Origin: Perna viridis
Taxonomy: Eukaryota
Direction of reading: 5' to 3'
Length of the DNA stretch: 64,000 bases
Assembly: GCA_037379345.1 (NCBI GenBank)
Contig: CM074516.1
Coordinates: forward strand, 27,900,001-27,964,000
A program made the translations under genes and the position numbers. The notes under the pieces were generated by a model. The model did no database searches. It worked only from the letters and a program-made list of their open reading frames with translations, and was not told where the DNA came from. This document shows positions 46,258-60,744 of the stretch, piece by piece. Position 1 is the stretch's first letter. Each line of letters begins with the position of its first letter.

Positions 46258-47319
46258 GTGATATAGTTTTGTGTCAGAATGAACCTACTTATCAGCACTT
46301 TTAGCAAACAATACAAATAGAATATCGGCAACTAATTCCAGAGCAGCATTAAAATAGGACCATTCAGACACATCAAATTCAAATACATGGTATAAACGTG
46401 AAACGGGAAACATAATTATGTTCAATTACTAATCAAAACTATAGATAAGGAACACAAGACATCACGTAAAATGAACATCAACAAAAAACGATAGTGACAT
46501 TTGGTGTTCAGAACGGGTAAGCATCTCTTTTCAGTGGCACCCGTCATATCTTAAGTAATTTATACCCAGTTCGAGTAACTCCTATAGTGTGAATCCCTGA
46601 CACACTTTGTAAAGGCTGAGTAAGAAAAAGGTTTCACAAATAACTGTTTTTGACAAAATTAACGATTTTTTTATACTGAAGTGGTAGAAATCATCTCAAT
46701 CAGTCCAATTACATGTAGAAGATAAAAAATAACCTAAACACATAGTTTAGTAAAAGTTATACTTCATTCCAAGGGGCACCTAAACCTTTTAAATTATAAA
46801 TTAAAAAGTTAACTACATGAAAAAAAATGATATTTTTATTTTATTTTACCTGAGAAGTATTTCAGAATTCATATTTCATATCTTCGCTGTAGTTCCTAAA
46901 GTTACACTAATCGAGACGTTTGTGTTTCCCACTCATCCAACCTGACGGGGAGTTTAAGCCCTTGACGACCTTGGGTACAGCATGAATGGCCCAATTTGGT
47001 GAGCTTACGATAAACGATTGCTCCGAGCGTGTATTCAAACGCACGATAACAGAACGCCCCATTGTGCTTTTAATCGCACGATAATCAAACGCTCCAAGCG
47101 TGCGTCTAAACGCACAATCATCGAACGTTCTGATAATGCGCTTAAACGCCCGAAAGACGAACAATGAAAAATAAAATGCTACCAATAAATGAAGAAAGAG
47201 AAATAGAAACTAAATTTATTCAAATAATAATAATTATAATAATAATACTTACAATATAAAAATAATAGTCGAAAGATAGATATTTATACACACACACATA
47301 TATATATATACACACAACG

Positions 47320-47605
47320 TCTTAGAATGTGACGACTCTATTCGCTACACTGCTCCATCGGATCAAATTGATACAGGGAAGATAATGTAAACTTATAGAA
47401 GGGTCTGAAAAATTCCCAACGATGTTAGGACTGTCAAATTTGCGATGTAAATGTTTGGTCGTTCCCTCCGCGGGACTCGAACTCGTACCGCTTTGACATC
47501 TATGGCAACACCGCCTGCAGTAAGTCCAGCGCCCTAGACCACTCGGCCAGCTAGACTATATGAAAATATAGCTTTCGTTGGCCGGGTCATTCCTCCTCGT
47601 AAAAA
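47320..47605 (-). mobile_element. tRNA-derived repeat (tRNA-like core 47461-47557)
   Basis: Minus strand has A box TGGCCGAGTGG and B box GAGTTCGAGTCC; no clean acceptor stem. Confidence 0.65.
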
Positions 47606-47939
47606 CTGTGTAAATTTGTTTATTACTGATTTCTTTGTCTATGTTTATTAGGACAATGGCCACATCGTTTCCAAAGTTATCTGACCCAATCGTTGGTTTA
47701 GACGATATTGGTGTTTTTTCACGCTAATAATCATACTGTTGTCTCAGTCCTGAATGCCTTTATCAAGTTTGCTTCCATATTTCCCATTTCATATTAGTGA
47801 TTATTTTTACCAATAATTTATATTTGACTTATTTATTGAACTGGAATCATCTTGTTTTTTTAAAACTGATTATGTTTTTAAACACTTACAATCAAACTTA
47901 GGATAAAACATTTAAGACAAGAATGAACTGTTCAATTTC

Positions 47940-49028
47940 ATTCAAAGTCTACCATTTGCCGAGTAAAGAGTAGCAGATTGCTGTGGTCCTTCTATGTATG
48001 CTTTAAATGATCAACGTATAAACTTAATACTAATGCAATTAATGAACATCCTACCACGACACTGAACTGTGACCCCCCTAGTGGTATTATTTCAATATGG
48101 ATCCTGAAAATTCGAAAAATCTTCTGGAAACCCACAATTCAAGAATCGTATTCAATATAATAGCTTTAAAACCTATTTTGCAAAGTGATATACTTCTATT
48201 ACGCATACCCATTTACAATCCCGATTCAACTACATTTTACATCGTTGTTTCTTAAAAAACAATCGTACACCTAGGTAGATATTCTTTATACTTTGTAAAA
48301 GATACTATTCCAAATCATCTACCACATATACAAAATAAAATATTTTCAAAATGCTGGAATTTTAGATCGACAACATATCTGTCCATTGTGGACGCATTTT
48401 TCAACAAACGGTCGGTATTCCAATTGGAACAAATTGTGCTCTTCTCCTCGCTGACCTTTTCCTTTACTCTTATGAGGTCAACTTTATAGCTGATCTATTT
48501 AAATGAAGGAACATTGTTTAGCAAGATCCTTCATTCTCAGTTTCCGCTATATAGATGACGTTTTATCGTTTAACAATTCTAGTTCCGGGGATTTTATGCA
48601 TCGCATACACCACAAACATCTTCATAAAAGATACTATATACAGTGTGAAGCCAGCCTCATTTCTTTCCTTACACTTAGAGGTCGATGGTAAGGGAAATTA
48701 TTAAGCAAACTATACGACAAAGGCGAGGACTTTTCATTCCTGACTGTCAACTTTCCTTCCATCTGTGGCAACATCTCTTCAGCACCTGCGTGTACAGTTT
48801 TCATATCAAAACTCATACTTTTCACCAAAGCTTGCCGTAACTACGCATATTTTTCGAATTGCGCTAGAATTCTTACAATTAGGCTTCTGAAACAGAGTTA
48901 TGTTGTTATAAGATTGAAGTCATCATTACAGAACTTTCATGATCGTCAAAATAAAGTCGTGGATCGTTACGGTTTTTTCCATCTGCATCACGAAAACTGA
49001 TTATTTTAACGTGTTATAGGTTTTGTTG

Positions 49029-49077
<49 letters not shown>

Positions 49078-49135
49078 TCTTTATCCCGGGATTACATTCT
49101 TTTGATTTCCGTTAGAAGCTTGATTTACTTGAATA
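47940..49135 (+). mobile_element. Degenerate Penelope-like RT region
   Basis: WILKNSK-like, FQQTVGIPIGTNCALLLADLFLYSYE, FRYIDDVLS motifs with frameshifts. Confidence 0.85.
49033..49076. repeat. (TG)n microsatellite
   Basis: Direct reading. Confidence 0.95.
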
Positions 49136-49324
49136 CTCAAAAATCCTTTGAACTACCTTTTAATATTTTCAGTATTGACCCAATATATAAACGAATTTAT
49201 TGATCTGTCTGCATTTAAACGTAATGTAAATATTAATGCATACAAATACAGGTAATCAATAAATCCAAACTCAATACCAAGATATTTACAAAGTTTACCT
49301 TTAAATATCATGAACGATTTCAAG

Positions 49325-50929
49325 ATGGCGGAGAGAAACGACACAAAGTTGCAATGTCGATTTGGTAGACACAACAGCTAGTACCAATTCTATTGTCAAG
49401 AGTGTAAAGAATGCATATGTAACCAGTGCTTGGATGAATTTCATGAGGATCATATTTTCTGTAAACTTTCAAGTGCCGAAGATGATATGAAATATGAACT
49501 TAGGCTATTGGTTGAGGAAACGGGCGATAAATTTGAAAATTTGAATTCTCTTGAGCGCGCTCTTGAAGCTAAACTGCAATCATGCCTTCATGACAAAGCA
49601 GAAACAATTCTCAAAATTGAAGAGGCAACTAATGATATCATGTGCCAAATTCTCGAATCAAGAAAAAGTACGTTACTGTTTGTAGATAGGTTGTATGAGG
49701 AAATATTGCAAAAAATCAACGCACAACTCGAAAAATGTGCAGCCATACGGAATATAGCATTAAGGATGGAAAATTCTACAGTAGATTTAAATCACATTAT
49801 TGGATATTTCGTTGGCACCAAAGAAGTTGTTGCTTCGTGTGCTGACATATGCAGTAATAAAATTAAATCTGAATTTATTCCAAATGACTCAAAAATTGTC
49901 GTTGGAAAATTTGATGGTGAACTTGATGAACGCGATAATGAATTGGAAAAAAGAAGATGTTCAGGTCAAGGATCAAAGAACATTATGCAAAATAACACAG
50001 ACATATCATTCAACTGCAATAGAGCAGAATGTGACAAAGAGGAGGACAATTCGTCTGATGAAGTACATGATTTGTTTCCGATGGTGATATCGAATAAACA
50101 GCTTACAAGTACGAACAAAATTGTCCCTATATCACATGATGAAGCATGGCTAATTATTGGAAAAAATTTGCGAAAGGTGAAAGAGGACAAAGTAGAAGAT
50201 ACCGTTTACGCTAAGAACGTTAAAGATTTTTCTGTTTCGGTGGATAGAGGTGTTTATCTGGCTAAAGAAAACGACAGTTTTGTGCGAAAACTGGTGTTAG
50301 ATGACTACAGAATGGTGCCTGTTGCTGATGTTGGAGAAGTATATGGTTTATTCCCATACAACGTAAATGTACTAAAAAATGAATTAGTTGTAAATGTATG
50401 TACTAAAACAAAAGGCACGTATGATAAGACTTTCCATTGCATTTTATTTTTTACCATGGATGGAGTCATTAAACATAAGGTAAGCCTGTCGCTCTATAGA
50501 GAATACCTCTATCCTAAGTTTTCAATACATGTTGAAAAAACTGAAAGCGAAAGTCTACATTATTGTGTTTTTGAAAATTCTGATCATTTTCGTCACTCCA
50601 CTATTGATTTGGTCCATTCAAATTTGAATGCAGGTAAAATAACTGAAACATTCCGAGGAGCTATTGGACAATATCCTGTTTCGCAATTTATTTGTGGTGG
50701 GGCGTGTATCGACGAACATTATAATGTTCTGGTATCTGATTTAAAGCACCAGTGTGTTTATGCCTTATGTAAAAACTTGAAATACAAAAAAATGGTGTTG
50801 CGAAACGATGAATTCCAAATCAAGTCGCCAAGGGCGATAGCTGTGCGCAATGAACTGCTATGGGTTTCAGATGTGGGGAGAATTGTAAAGTTCAAATATG
50901 ACAGTAAGCAAATTGCCTTGTGCAAATAG
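49325..50929 (+). pseudogene. TRIM-like paralog 2: full-length frame with a single in-frame TAG at 49379-49381
   Basis: ATG 49325 MAERNDTKLQCRFGRHNS*YQFYCQECKECICNQCLDEFHEDH, in frame with ORF 49430..50929; ends VKFKYDSK like paralog 1. Confidence 0.8.
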
Positions 50930-52716
50930 TGTTGCCGAACGACGTGCAAGTGTTCATTCTCATATTTTTACACATATGTCGTTTGTTTTTTTTAGATATA
51001 GGCTTCATAAGTATGTATTTGTGTATCCGTCATATCTGTGCTGATTGCCAAAAGATAGGTATTTTTAAACGAATATCTATGTTGAATGCACAATATCTTA
51101 AAAACAAGATATTTCTGTCATAAAATATATAATTGTATTGAACAGATAGAGTTTCTCAATGTACATGCATAAGACTTCTTCTTTGCCACTACTTAACTAT
51201 ATTCACTGGAAGAATTATAGCATAGAAATCCAATATTGAAATGGTGCCAAATATTTGGTAACAATTTTATCTGCTTGCTCCGTATGACAATACAATGCTT
51301 TACATGGGCAGCTTGATTCGATTGTAAAGGTCGATCCGACCCTTGAATTGTTGAACTAATTCAAGCTTTAAGAAAGTGTAATCAAGGGAACTAAGGTTAT
51401 AGCGGTAATCAAAAGAATGTAATCCAGGGACAAAGACCAGACGTGGAAAACAGACATACACAACAAAGAACATAAAGTAACTAAAATAAGAACATAAGAA
51501 AACGCCTGTTTGTGATCCAATTCAATATCTCAAATTGTTAAATGGCCCTTGTCCCCCAACTCAAACCATCCTTCCATTTTTTGGTATGGCTAATAGTAGT
51601 GCGCTTTTCTCAATGTTCAAGACAAGAAATTATTATGAATGTCGATGCCAGGTGACAACGATAAAAGCATAATGACATTTTACAGGTGGAAAATATATAT
51701 GCTGTTGTTTGAAATAATAAGCGACGATCTTATCTTAAAAAAGAGACATACAAATTAAAATAAAGAAAGTGGTGATTCTGGTACCATAAACAAAATATTT
51801 AAGATTTCCAGACCACTGATTAGAACAACCTAGGCTTTATATCATGTGTATAAAATTCGAACGCACTGTAATTAAAATTCAAATGGGTTAAAACACTACT
51901 TATTTCACTTTATCAAGCACCTGAATAAATCTGAAAAAGATAACGAGTACTATTGATATGAAAATGAATAACGAGTAGTATTTTCAATTTTTGTGAAGTT
52001 TCGTGTTGACTATCAGAACACATCATTGTGCATGATAAATATGTTGCAGTCGCCTTGAGTCTATGATACAGAATTAATAACATCGAAGATTAGATTTTTT
52101 AGATATTTTTGTTTACTTAATCGGATAAAGATGATGCTTGGGGCATACCTGATTATGTTCAAACTATTTTAGTGTCATTACACAACTTGTGTGTATTTAG
52201 CAAGGAAAGTATATCTGTTGCTAATTTATAAAATGTTGAAAGCGATATTGTCAATGATTGACTATACATTGTTCACAAATTGTTCTGAGAAAATTTAGAT
52301 CATATCAGATGGATCCATTTACAACAAGTATTTATTTTCTGAATGACAAAATTTGGAAGAACAGAAAAAATATCGGTATAAGAAGATATGGAATGTTGGT
52401 TTCGGGCCTTCTGTAGCAAGCTCTGTGGTGTAGGAATTTCTTTGTCGAGTCGTCCATTGAAGAGCAATGGATGACCTTCATCTAACATTTTTCATCCCAT
52501 TCAGGATATTTATGTCTTTGACATATTCACCATATCCATTCGCATCATATTGTAAATGTATCCTTGTAGACATTATCTAAGTACCTCACAATTTTGAAAT
52601 AAAATCACGCCATCTTTTATCATACAGTTAAATTTTGATTGACTGCCCAAAATATTTCAACAATATGTTGAAATGAACTTGTATATAATAATTCAATAGA
52701 GACATAAATATAGAAA

Positions 52717-53830
52717 ATGGCAGAAAGCAGAGATAAAACATTTAATTGTCGATTTCATGATCAGCAAAGTAAAAATTTTTTTTTTTTAAATAATAAAGAG
52801 TGTCAGAATGTTTTTTTCCTCAGAGGAAATTCAGGATGATCACACACTTTGTTGAAGGTGATTTTCGAAGTGAACTAAAGGTGTTAGTTAAAAATTAAAA
52901 ATTATAATGCAACTAGTCTATACATACAAAAAAGTTTGATTGCAATAGATGAAAATGTATGCTTCGAAGAGGCACAGTTAGGAAGAAATGGCGAAGAAGA
53001 AGAAGAAGAAGAAGAAAAAGAAGGAAGAAAAATAGATAAAGCGTCAAACAAATTGACCCTGAATATAAAACGAATTTAGACTAAAAACACTAAACCATTA
53101 CATAAATATTTTAATCAAAGAAAAGCTTTTGTCCTTACATGGAAAAGGTATACAGAACAATAAAATGTAAGAATAACCAAAGTACTGGTAAATATTGAGT
53201 CAATCAATGTCATCAATGCAGTCGAAAAAAATCATGATCACAAGAACAGCTTTTAGCGAAAAAGAATCTAATAAAAATGTTTCTAAAAAAAACACTTACT
53301 TGGTAGCGATCTCGTTATAACAATATGACAATTAAAAGGTAATGAATCAGAAAAAACGAAAAATCCGACTCATAAGAAATAATCGTGTGGATACTCAAGT
53401 TTAAAACTGAGAGAGGAAAATTTGTCAGATGAACTAGGTGAAATTTTATATCATATGGTAATTACGCATTTAATTTGTAAAAAATGTAACGACAATCGTT
53501 CAGCTGAATCATATTGATCCATGGAATTAAGTCGATCAGATCTTAAAAGGATAATGTAAAATTTTCCCAAAAGCATTATATGCTTCAAATATTAAGGACT
53601 TTGAGGTTCTATCAATAGTAAGTCTACTGCTAGTGAAATCTGGTGAAAGTTCCATTCAGGAAAAACCATCGAATGGGAAAATATTCTCCATTTGTTGTCG
53701 TAGGTTACAGTCATAAGTTAGTTAGCAAATTGGTTATTGTAGGCATTGCATTTAAGGGAAATAATATAATAATACTGCAAAATGTACTTGTCTCGAACCA
53801 AAATATCCTTTCTTGAAATAGGATGACATA
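52717..53830 (+). pseudogene. TRIM-like paralog 3, heavily decayed
   Basis: MAESRDKTFNCRFHDQQS start; later fragments resemble paralog 1/2 (LSDELGE, ASNIKDFEVLS); many stops and frameshifts; 3' limit approximate. Confidence 0.65.
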
Positions 53831-55539
53831 TTTAGTTACATAACTAGTTGATATTATGATCCTACAAAATATACATATTAACAACATAAAATATAAAAAT
53901 TACATAAAACAAATTAGAATTAAATGATAATACTACTAAAAATGATACAGGTGATATACATTTTAATTTATGAAAATACTGCTCTATATATTACTTTTTA
54001 ATAGATTTCACAGTTGTACATTTTATTTAATTAACACTCAGCTCGTACCAGATATAATGAAAGAGCGCTTATCATATTCTGATAATATCTTTTCCTGCTC
54101 TACCTGGTCAATTTTACTCTCACTTTTTGAACATAATGTAATAATTAAAATATTCTTGAACCAATAGAGTTTGAAAAATAAAATTCTTGAGACGTATCGT
54201 CTGCATAAAATGTAGCATGTGAACATTTTAAACATTTTGGATAATCATTTACATATGGTATATAAAGTAAAGGGCCTATAGTTATATTGTTTATGCTGTG
54301 ACAAAATATCATTCCAAGCAACACATTGTTTTCTATTCCAAAGATATGATTTGAAATATATATGCGGATATGAGGTTTTTCTCTAATTGACCAATTTTAT
54401 AGTCCATGTTTTCCATCAGGAAACCAAAAATGTCATTAAGATGGAAAAAGGTGGCGGATGCACAATGATATCATACAATTATAAATTTGTGAAAGTTTCA
54501 TTAAATTGAATTCAGCGGTTTTAAAGGAGTGCGGGATAGGAGTTCATCCCTAGTCTATCAATGACATAGTCTATGTTTCTAATTAAGGAATCCCAATAGT
54601 CATTCAAATAGAAAATAAAATGAGAGGTGTACAAAGGCATGAAGGTATACAAAGTGGTCAGCCATTACTTGTTACACAAAAAAATTAACACTACTTTGAG
54701 GTACAACAGCCAATAATTTAAACTGGTCTAACATTTGTAAAAGCTATCAATTAAAAGGTATATAATATTATGTATAACTTCCTAAGCAAAAGAAAACTTG
54801 TAATAAGACATTATCTTAATCTATTGTTAAAAAAGCAAACTTGGTTTAATAAACAATTTGAATTCGAAATTTTATGTTTTCCTAAATCGTTAAAAAGTTA
54901 AATGCATGTTTATGATTTGGAAAATGAAATGATTAAACGCTTATTAATCCAACAAAACATTGTAACCTGGTGATGAAACAAATCGAAAAGAATATAGCAT
55001 CTATCTGTCGTAGCAACTTTAAAGCATTATACGTGTATATTATATGCTTTAGTTTGTCAAGGTACAGCATGGATAATTTGTGATATTAAGAAAGATAACG
55101 AATGCAGTTCTGTGCATTTTCTGTATACACAGTTTATTCCAGTGCAAAGTCAAATAAAAAAAAACAACCAATGAACCTTTTAGGAAAGTTGCTGTTTTAC
55201 GAAAAGAAGAAAACTTATTCACTAAAAAACAATTGTGTTTTTGTTTTGAAGCATGGGTTAATGTTGAATAAAAACAATAATGATATTGACACTAAATGTA
55301 CAATATGCCTAGAGTTCCATTCAACACACACAAATGTATCGTTTCCTAAACGTATATGTGAACATCAATAATAAATCTTTAAATTCAAGACGCGCTTTAT
55401 GCTTCCATTCAGTATTTAATAACGAATAATTGACCTAACACTTGCTTATCACATGTCTTACATATACTAAAAACTAATATAACAAAACTACCTGATGTGC
55501 ATGTGTTTTAATACCGTAATATCAACAACGGTATATCCT

Positions 55540-56880
55540 GAATGATTCAGAAACGGCGTAGAAAATTAGTGCGAATGTTCCATTTCAGTAATTTTTGTAA
55601 ACAATGTAAAGAATAAATGTTTGGAAGAGTCTCGTTAAGATCACACTTTCTGTAAACTAAAGTATGCTGCGGATGATATCACACATGAACTAATGACATT
55701 GATCATGGATAAGGACGACGAATATAAAAACCTTAATTTACTTGAATGTGCTCTTGAAGCTAAATATGAAAATTGTGTTAACAATAAAGCATCAGAATTG
55801 ATTCTTCAAATTAAAGATGGTACTAATAACATAATGGTAATAGTTACGGAATAAAAAAAAGCTTGTGTGACAATTGATAAGTATTACGAGGAGACATTCA
55901 GTGAAATTGGTGCTAAGCAAGGTCAAATGAGTACAAACAAAAAACACAAACAAACAAAAAAACAATTGCGGTGTTAAAGTTAGAAGTCGAGTTAAGTGAA
56001 ATTCTGAAATATTTTATTGGCACGAAGGAATTATTTTATAGACACGAAGGAATTATTTTATAGACAAGAAGGAACTATTTTATAGACACGAAGACACTAT
56101 TTTATAGACACGAAGGAACTATTTTATAGACACGAAGGAACTATTTTATAGACACGAAGGAATTATTTTATAGACACGAAGGAACTATTTTATAGACAAG
56201 AAGGAACTATTTTATAGACACGAAGGAACTATTTTATAGACAAGAAGGAACTATTTTATAGACACGAAGGAACTATTTTATAGACACGAAGGAATTATTT
56301 TAAAGACAAGAAGGAACTATTTTATAGACACGAAGGAATTATTTTATAGACACGAAGGAACTATTTTATAGAGAAGAAGGAACTATTTTATAGACACGAA
56401 GGAATTATTTTAAAGACACGAAGGAACTATTTTATAGACACGAAGGAACTATTTTATAGACAAGAAGGAACTATTTTATAGACAAGAAGGAACTATTTTA
56501 TAGACACGAAGGAATTATTTGCTTTAATTGCTGGTATTTTTTTATGTAACACTAAACTTAACTTTATCCGAAATAAATCATTACTATTTCTGTAGAAATA
56601 TTTGATAAGTTATGTGACCCGAATGATTGCGCGTCTAGTAAAGGGATAGAAATAAAGACACCCATGATGAAGAAACAAAAAGCGTCTATGAAGAAAAATT
56701 ATTTCAAATTATAAAGGAAATCTTGTCAAATGAAGTGATTGATTTGTATCAATTGGTAATTCCGAACGTACAGTTAGCAAATATACGAAAACAATTCTTC
56801 CTGTATCACTATCCAACGCCTGGGAGATCATTGAAGAAGAACTACGCGTATTGAATAAGGGTAACAACACAATTACCGAA
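55540..56880 (+). pseudogene. TRIM-like paralog 4, decayed and interrupted by a minisatellite
   Basis: FCKQCKE, DHTFCKLKYAADDITHEL, LECALEAK, YFIGTKE, ILPVSLSNAWEII fragments colinear with paralog 2. Confidence 0.75.
56010..56520. repeat. 22-bp minisatellite (TATTTTATAGACACGAAGGAAY), about 23 copies
   Basis: Direct reading. Confidence 0.95.
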
Positions 56881-57830
56881 CATTTATCCGATCCATAATC
56901 AAGTCAAGTCCAAAACAATCTTGGAAATTAGATATAACCACTGGAAACAGCTTATACCGCGATGTTCCTAACTTGGTACAGGTATTTCAAACGAAATGTT
57001 ATGTTAAATATTGGTTTCACAGTTCCATCTTCTTTTGCGGCGTGAATTCGCTTGACAGTCGTGTGTATTGTTTACTCGACCGTGAGTAATTAATACTAGA
57101 CCAAGGTCGAAGTCATTAATTGATGCTACACTCCGACATAGCACCAGCAATTTTGAATGCATTAAAGTAATCAAAATCCAAATCAAATAAATGTATTGCA
57201 ATTAAACTTATATCATAAATGAATATAGTTTATGACGACATATTTAGGGAAATAATTTTATTAATTAAACAAAGATTCTTTCGAATTATGTTGTTTTAAA
57301 ACGATTAATAAAAAAACTATCTTCAATTTTTTTAATGAGGGTTTTAGTACGTGAAATTTTAAAAATTGCCATCTAGTTATTCCAACATTTTTAAATAGAA
57401 ATCTTAGCGTGTAGATTACACACTCTCTTGACCTTTGAAATATACAATAAAAGACGTAGATACGGTGTGCCACTCATATAATATCCTCGTTCATTCTAAA
57501 GATGAAAACATTATTTAAAAGGTATTATACATGTGTATGCATGTATGATTAGTCTTGAATAATAACGATTATAAGTTATGTTATTAATTGTATTAAATGT
57601 CACGCATTAATCTTATCTTACAGAACAGTCAGTCATATGCAATCACATAGAATAAAAGAGCAACACCCAGCCTATATAGACTTATGAGACACTATTATAA
57701 ACATTTAAAAAACCAATTATCCATACCAATGATATGAAAATATAAAAAGCGTTAAAGGCGATCGATACTGTTATAAATAAAGTATATTATTATATTGATA
57801 GCAGTGTTTTATCAGATATTCCCAGTGGAA

Positions 57831-57920
57831 TAAATTTTGGTTATTTACACTGTGACATAAATTTTGGTTATTTACACTGTGACATAAATTTTGGTTATTT
57901 ACACTGTGACATAAATTTGA
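57831..57920. repeat. 27-bp tandem repeat, about 3 copies
   Basis: TAAATTTTGGTTATTTACACTGTGACA. Confidence 0.9.
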
Positions 57921-58465
57921 TTATTTCACTCCCGGAATTTCTCCCATCATAAGTTACAACTTTGAAATCAATCCGCCGTTCACAAAATTTGAAATTTATG
58001 TTGGAAAAAGCAACGAATAATCTATGAAATCTATATAATAAATGGGATAATAAATTGGTTATCGTGAATAACCAAAATATGATCACTCATGACAAGAACA
58101 GTCAGAGTTTACTCGTGTGCAGAACAGGTTCAGCACACTCGTTAAATCTAGGCGTTGTTCGGCACACGTGATCATATTTTGGTTATTCGAGCCTTCCAAT
58201 TAATTGTTCTATTAGTATTTAGTATTGAGATAAAATACCTTATTTAAACGCTAAAATATAAAATTGTAAAAAACAGAGAATGGTTGAATCTTTGATACAA
58301 AATAGAAAAAAGTGCAATATATGAATGGAAAAGTAATTAGAAATAGATTAAATTATAAAAGGGACACAATATTAGTTTCTTTCATTATTTAGTTCAGTGG
58401 CAAAATCCGACTGGTTAGTGTTCATTAGTTGTTTACTCTTGGTGTGCATCGCTGTTTTCACACTG

Positions 58466-58825
58466 ACCTGCGTATGAAGTGTTCATATCACCACTCATAC
58501 GTTATGCCAGAGCTTGCCGGAACTACGCAGACTTATGGTATCTAGCTAGAATTCTATCAAATAGGTTTCTGGAACAGGGTTATGTTGATACAAGATTGAA
58601 GTCATCACTACAGAAGTTTTATGGTCGTCATCATGAACTCGTGGATCGATATGGTGTATCTATCTGCGCCATGAAAACTGATTTATTTAACGTTTCACAT
58701 TTATCTTTCCCCGTTTGTCTACCCCGGACTTGACTTTTTATGAGCAACTCGGCGGGTGTTTCTTTTTGTTCTTTGTTGTGTATGTCTGTTTTTACATGTC
58801 TGGTCTTTGTCCCTGGATTACATTG
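58466..58825 (+). mobile_element. Penelope-like 3' fragment
   Basis: ORF 58479..58733 LIRYARAC...[13 protein letters not shown]. Confidence 0.85.
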
Positions 58826-60744
58826 ATAACACTATCTTCGCTCACCCACACGGTTTTGAAATGAAAGTATCTGCTTCTTGTAACAAGTGGTTAGTTCAAT
58901 GTCGTTCATGCCTACATGTCTTCTTGTAAATGTATGTGCTTTTTTTTTCTTCATATTTGTTTTGTATTTCGTTCAATAATTTAAAAAACACAAAGAATAC
59001 AACAGACAAATTTAGTTCATACTTGTTAATAAACAATTTAATTATAAAAATGGTTATCATTCCGTACGGCTTCTTTTACTTGTTTGCATGAATATTCATA
59101 GAATTCTTTATCAATATGTTATGATTTCTTATCGTTGAATAGATTTTTGATCAGACAATATTCCTTATAATTTGTGAAATTATAATGTCTGCATGTTTTA
59201 TTATCATTTGGCACTAACAGTTAACTCGTTACATTTGAAATCTATGATTTTCTTTTTAGGAACAATTTTAGTTTGTTTTCCTTTTTAGTCCAAAAAAAAA
59301 ATATTTGGACTGACAACTTGATTACCAATAACATAGTTAACATATATTTATGTTTTTATCCGTGACATTCGCGTGATTTTTTATATTTTCATTCAAATTT
59401 ACGTTTTTTGATTTAATAAATAATTTTATTTCAAAAACCTGCTAATAAAAAGATAAATATCCATATCATCTAAATCAAGTTAAAATTTAATGTCTGAGTA
59501 AGCAAGTTATGTAATAAAAGTAAAAGTAATAAATATATATATATTACAGTTAATAAATTATTATGATATAGAAGGGTTTGGCATCAGAGTAGAGGATTTG
59601 AAAGACTTTTCCCCATCAATATTATGTATGAACCAGATATGGAACTTTATTCTCCGTCTATTTGATGATAATAGATGTATTTATCGTAAAAATGAAATGC
59701 AAAGAATAACTAAGAGCATTGATTCGCCATGGGGCTTTGTCCAAAGTAACAAAATGTATGGATTCAAATATTCTTATATTTATATTACGAGTCAAAACCT
59801 AACGCAATACCTGTTGTTGGAGCAGTTTTAAGAAAACACAGTAAAATCATCATTATGGTACGTGTTTAAAGTCTAATAAGACGAAAAACGTTCCAAACTC
59901 GGATGGTATAGTTGGGGTCTTCTTTCGTTGAATACGAAAAGAAATTTCTCGTCTTACACATGTATTGAATGATTAGGTGACAAATTTAAGACATCAAATA
60001 GAACCATTTAGAACACAAGGTGTTTTAGACCAGATCAAATGTTTTAACTGCTATAACCTTCATCAATTTGGTTAACTAAATTATAAAATTGGACAAAACA
60101 TCAACTACAACAACAACAAAAGGGTTTGGAAATCGTTAAACATTTCTTCTTCAACCAAACGATAGCTTGTGAGCGAGTTTAATTTCCTGACAATGATTAG
60201 GGCAATTGATATCTATGATTCGTTCGTTGCCAAGTAAAACAATAACATTTTGTCATAGAACAATCATCGAGCATCATTAATGGCATCAATCATTGGCATT
60301 TGTTAAGGTAAAGTCAAGTTCTTCCAAATAACGCCATACTCTGATGATTGTGCCAAAACAAACATAACAATGAAATGTTCAAAGGTAAATTAGTATTCTT
60401 ATATCGATAAAATTGCAAGGCAAATACATTTTTGAGTAATGACATACCTATATCTGTTTTGATACAAAGAATCATACATTTTAAACAGTAGACCTGTGTA
60501 ATAAATTATAATGTCTGCAGCAATTTCAAGAAATTTGAAAACATCGATATTATACTTCCGTACAATCACTTCGATCATAAATTTCAAAGCACTGGGAGTT
60601 ATTTTTTTAAATTAAATTTGTTAAGATGACGTTATGATAGTTTCAAAGTCTGCAAACAGCATACGTCTCAAGAAGCGCAAGATCGTAAATTAAATAAATG
60701 CAAACATAGATATGAAAATGAATGACCTAATGGTTTGTCCAACA

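Noticed and set aside
47461-47557. Functional tRNA gene
   Set aside because: No proper acceptor stem and an aberrant anticodon/variable region; treated as a tRNA-derived repeat.
56010-56520. CRISPR-like array
   Set aside because: No spacers; the unit derives from the TRIM-like coding sequence.
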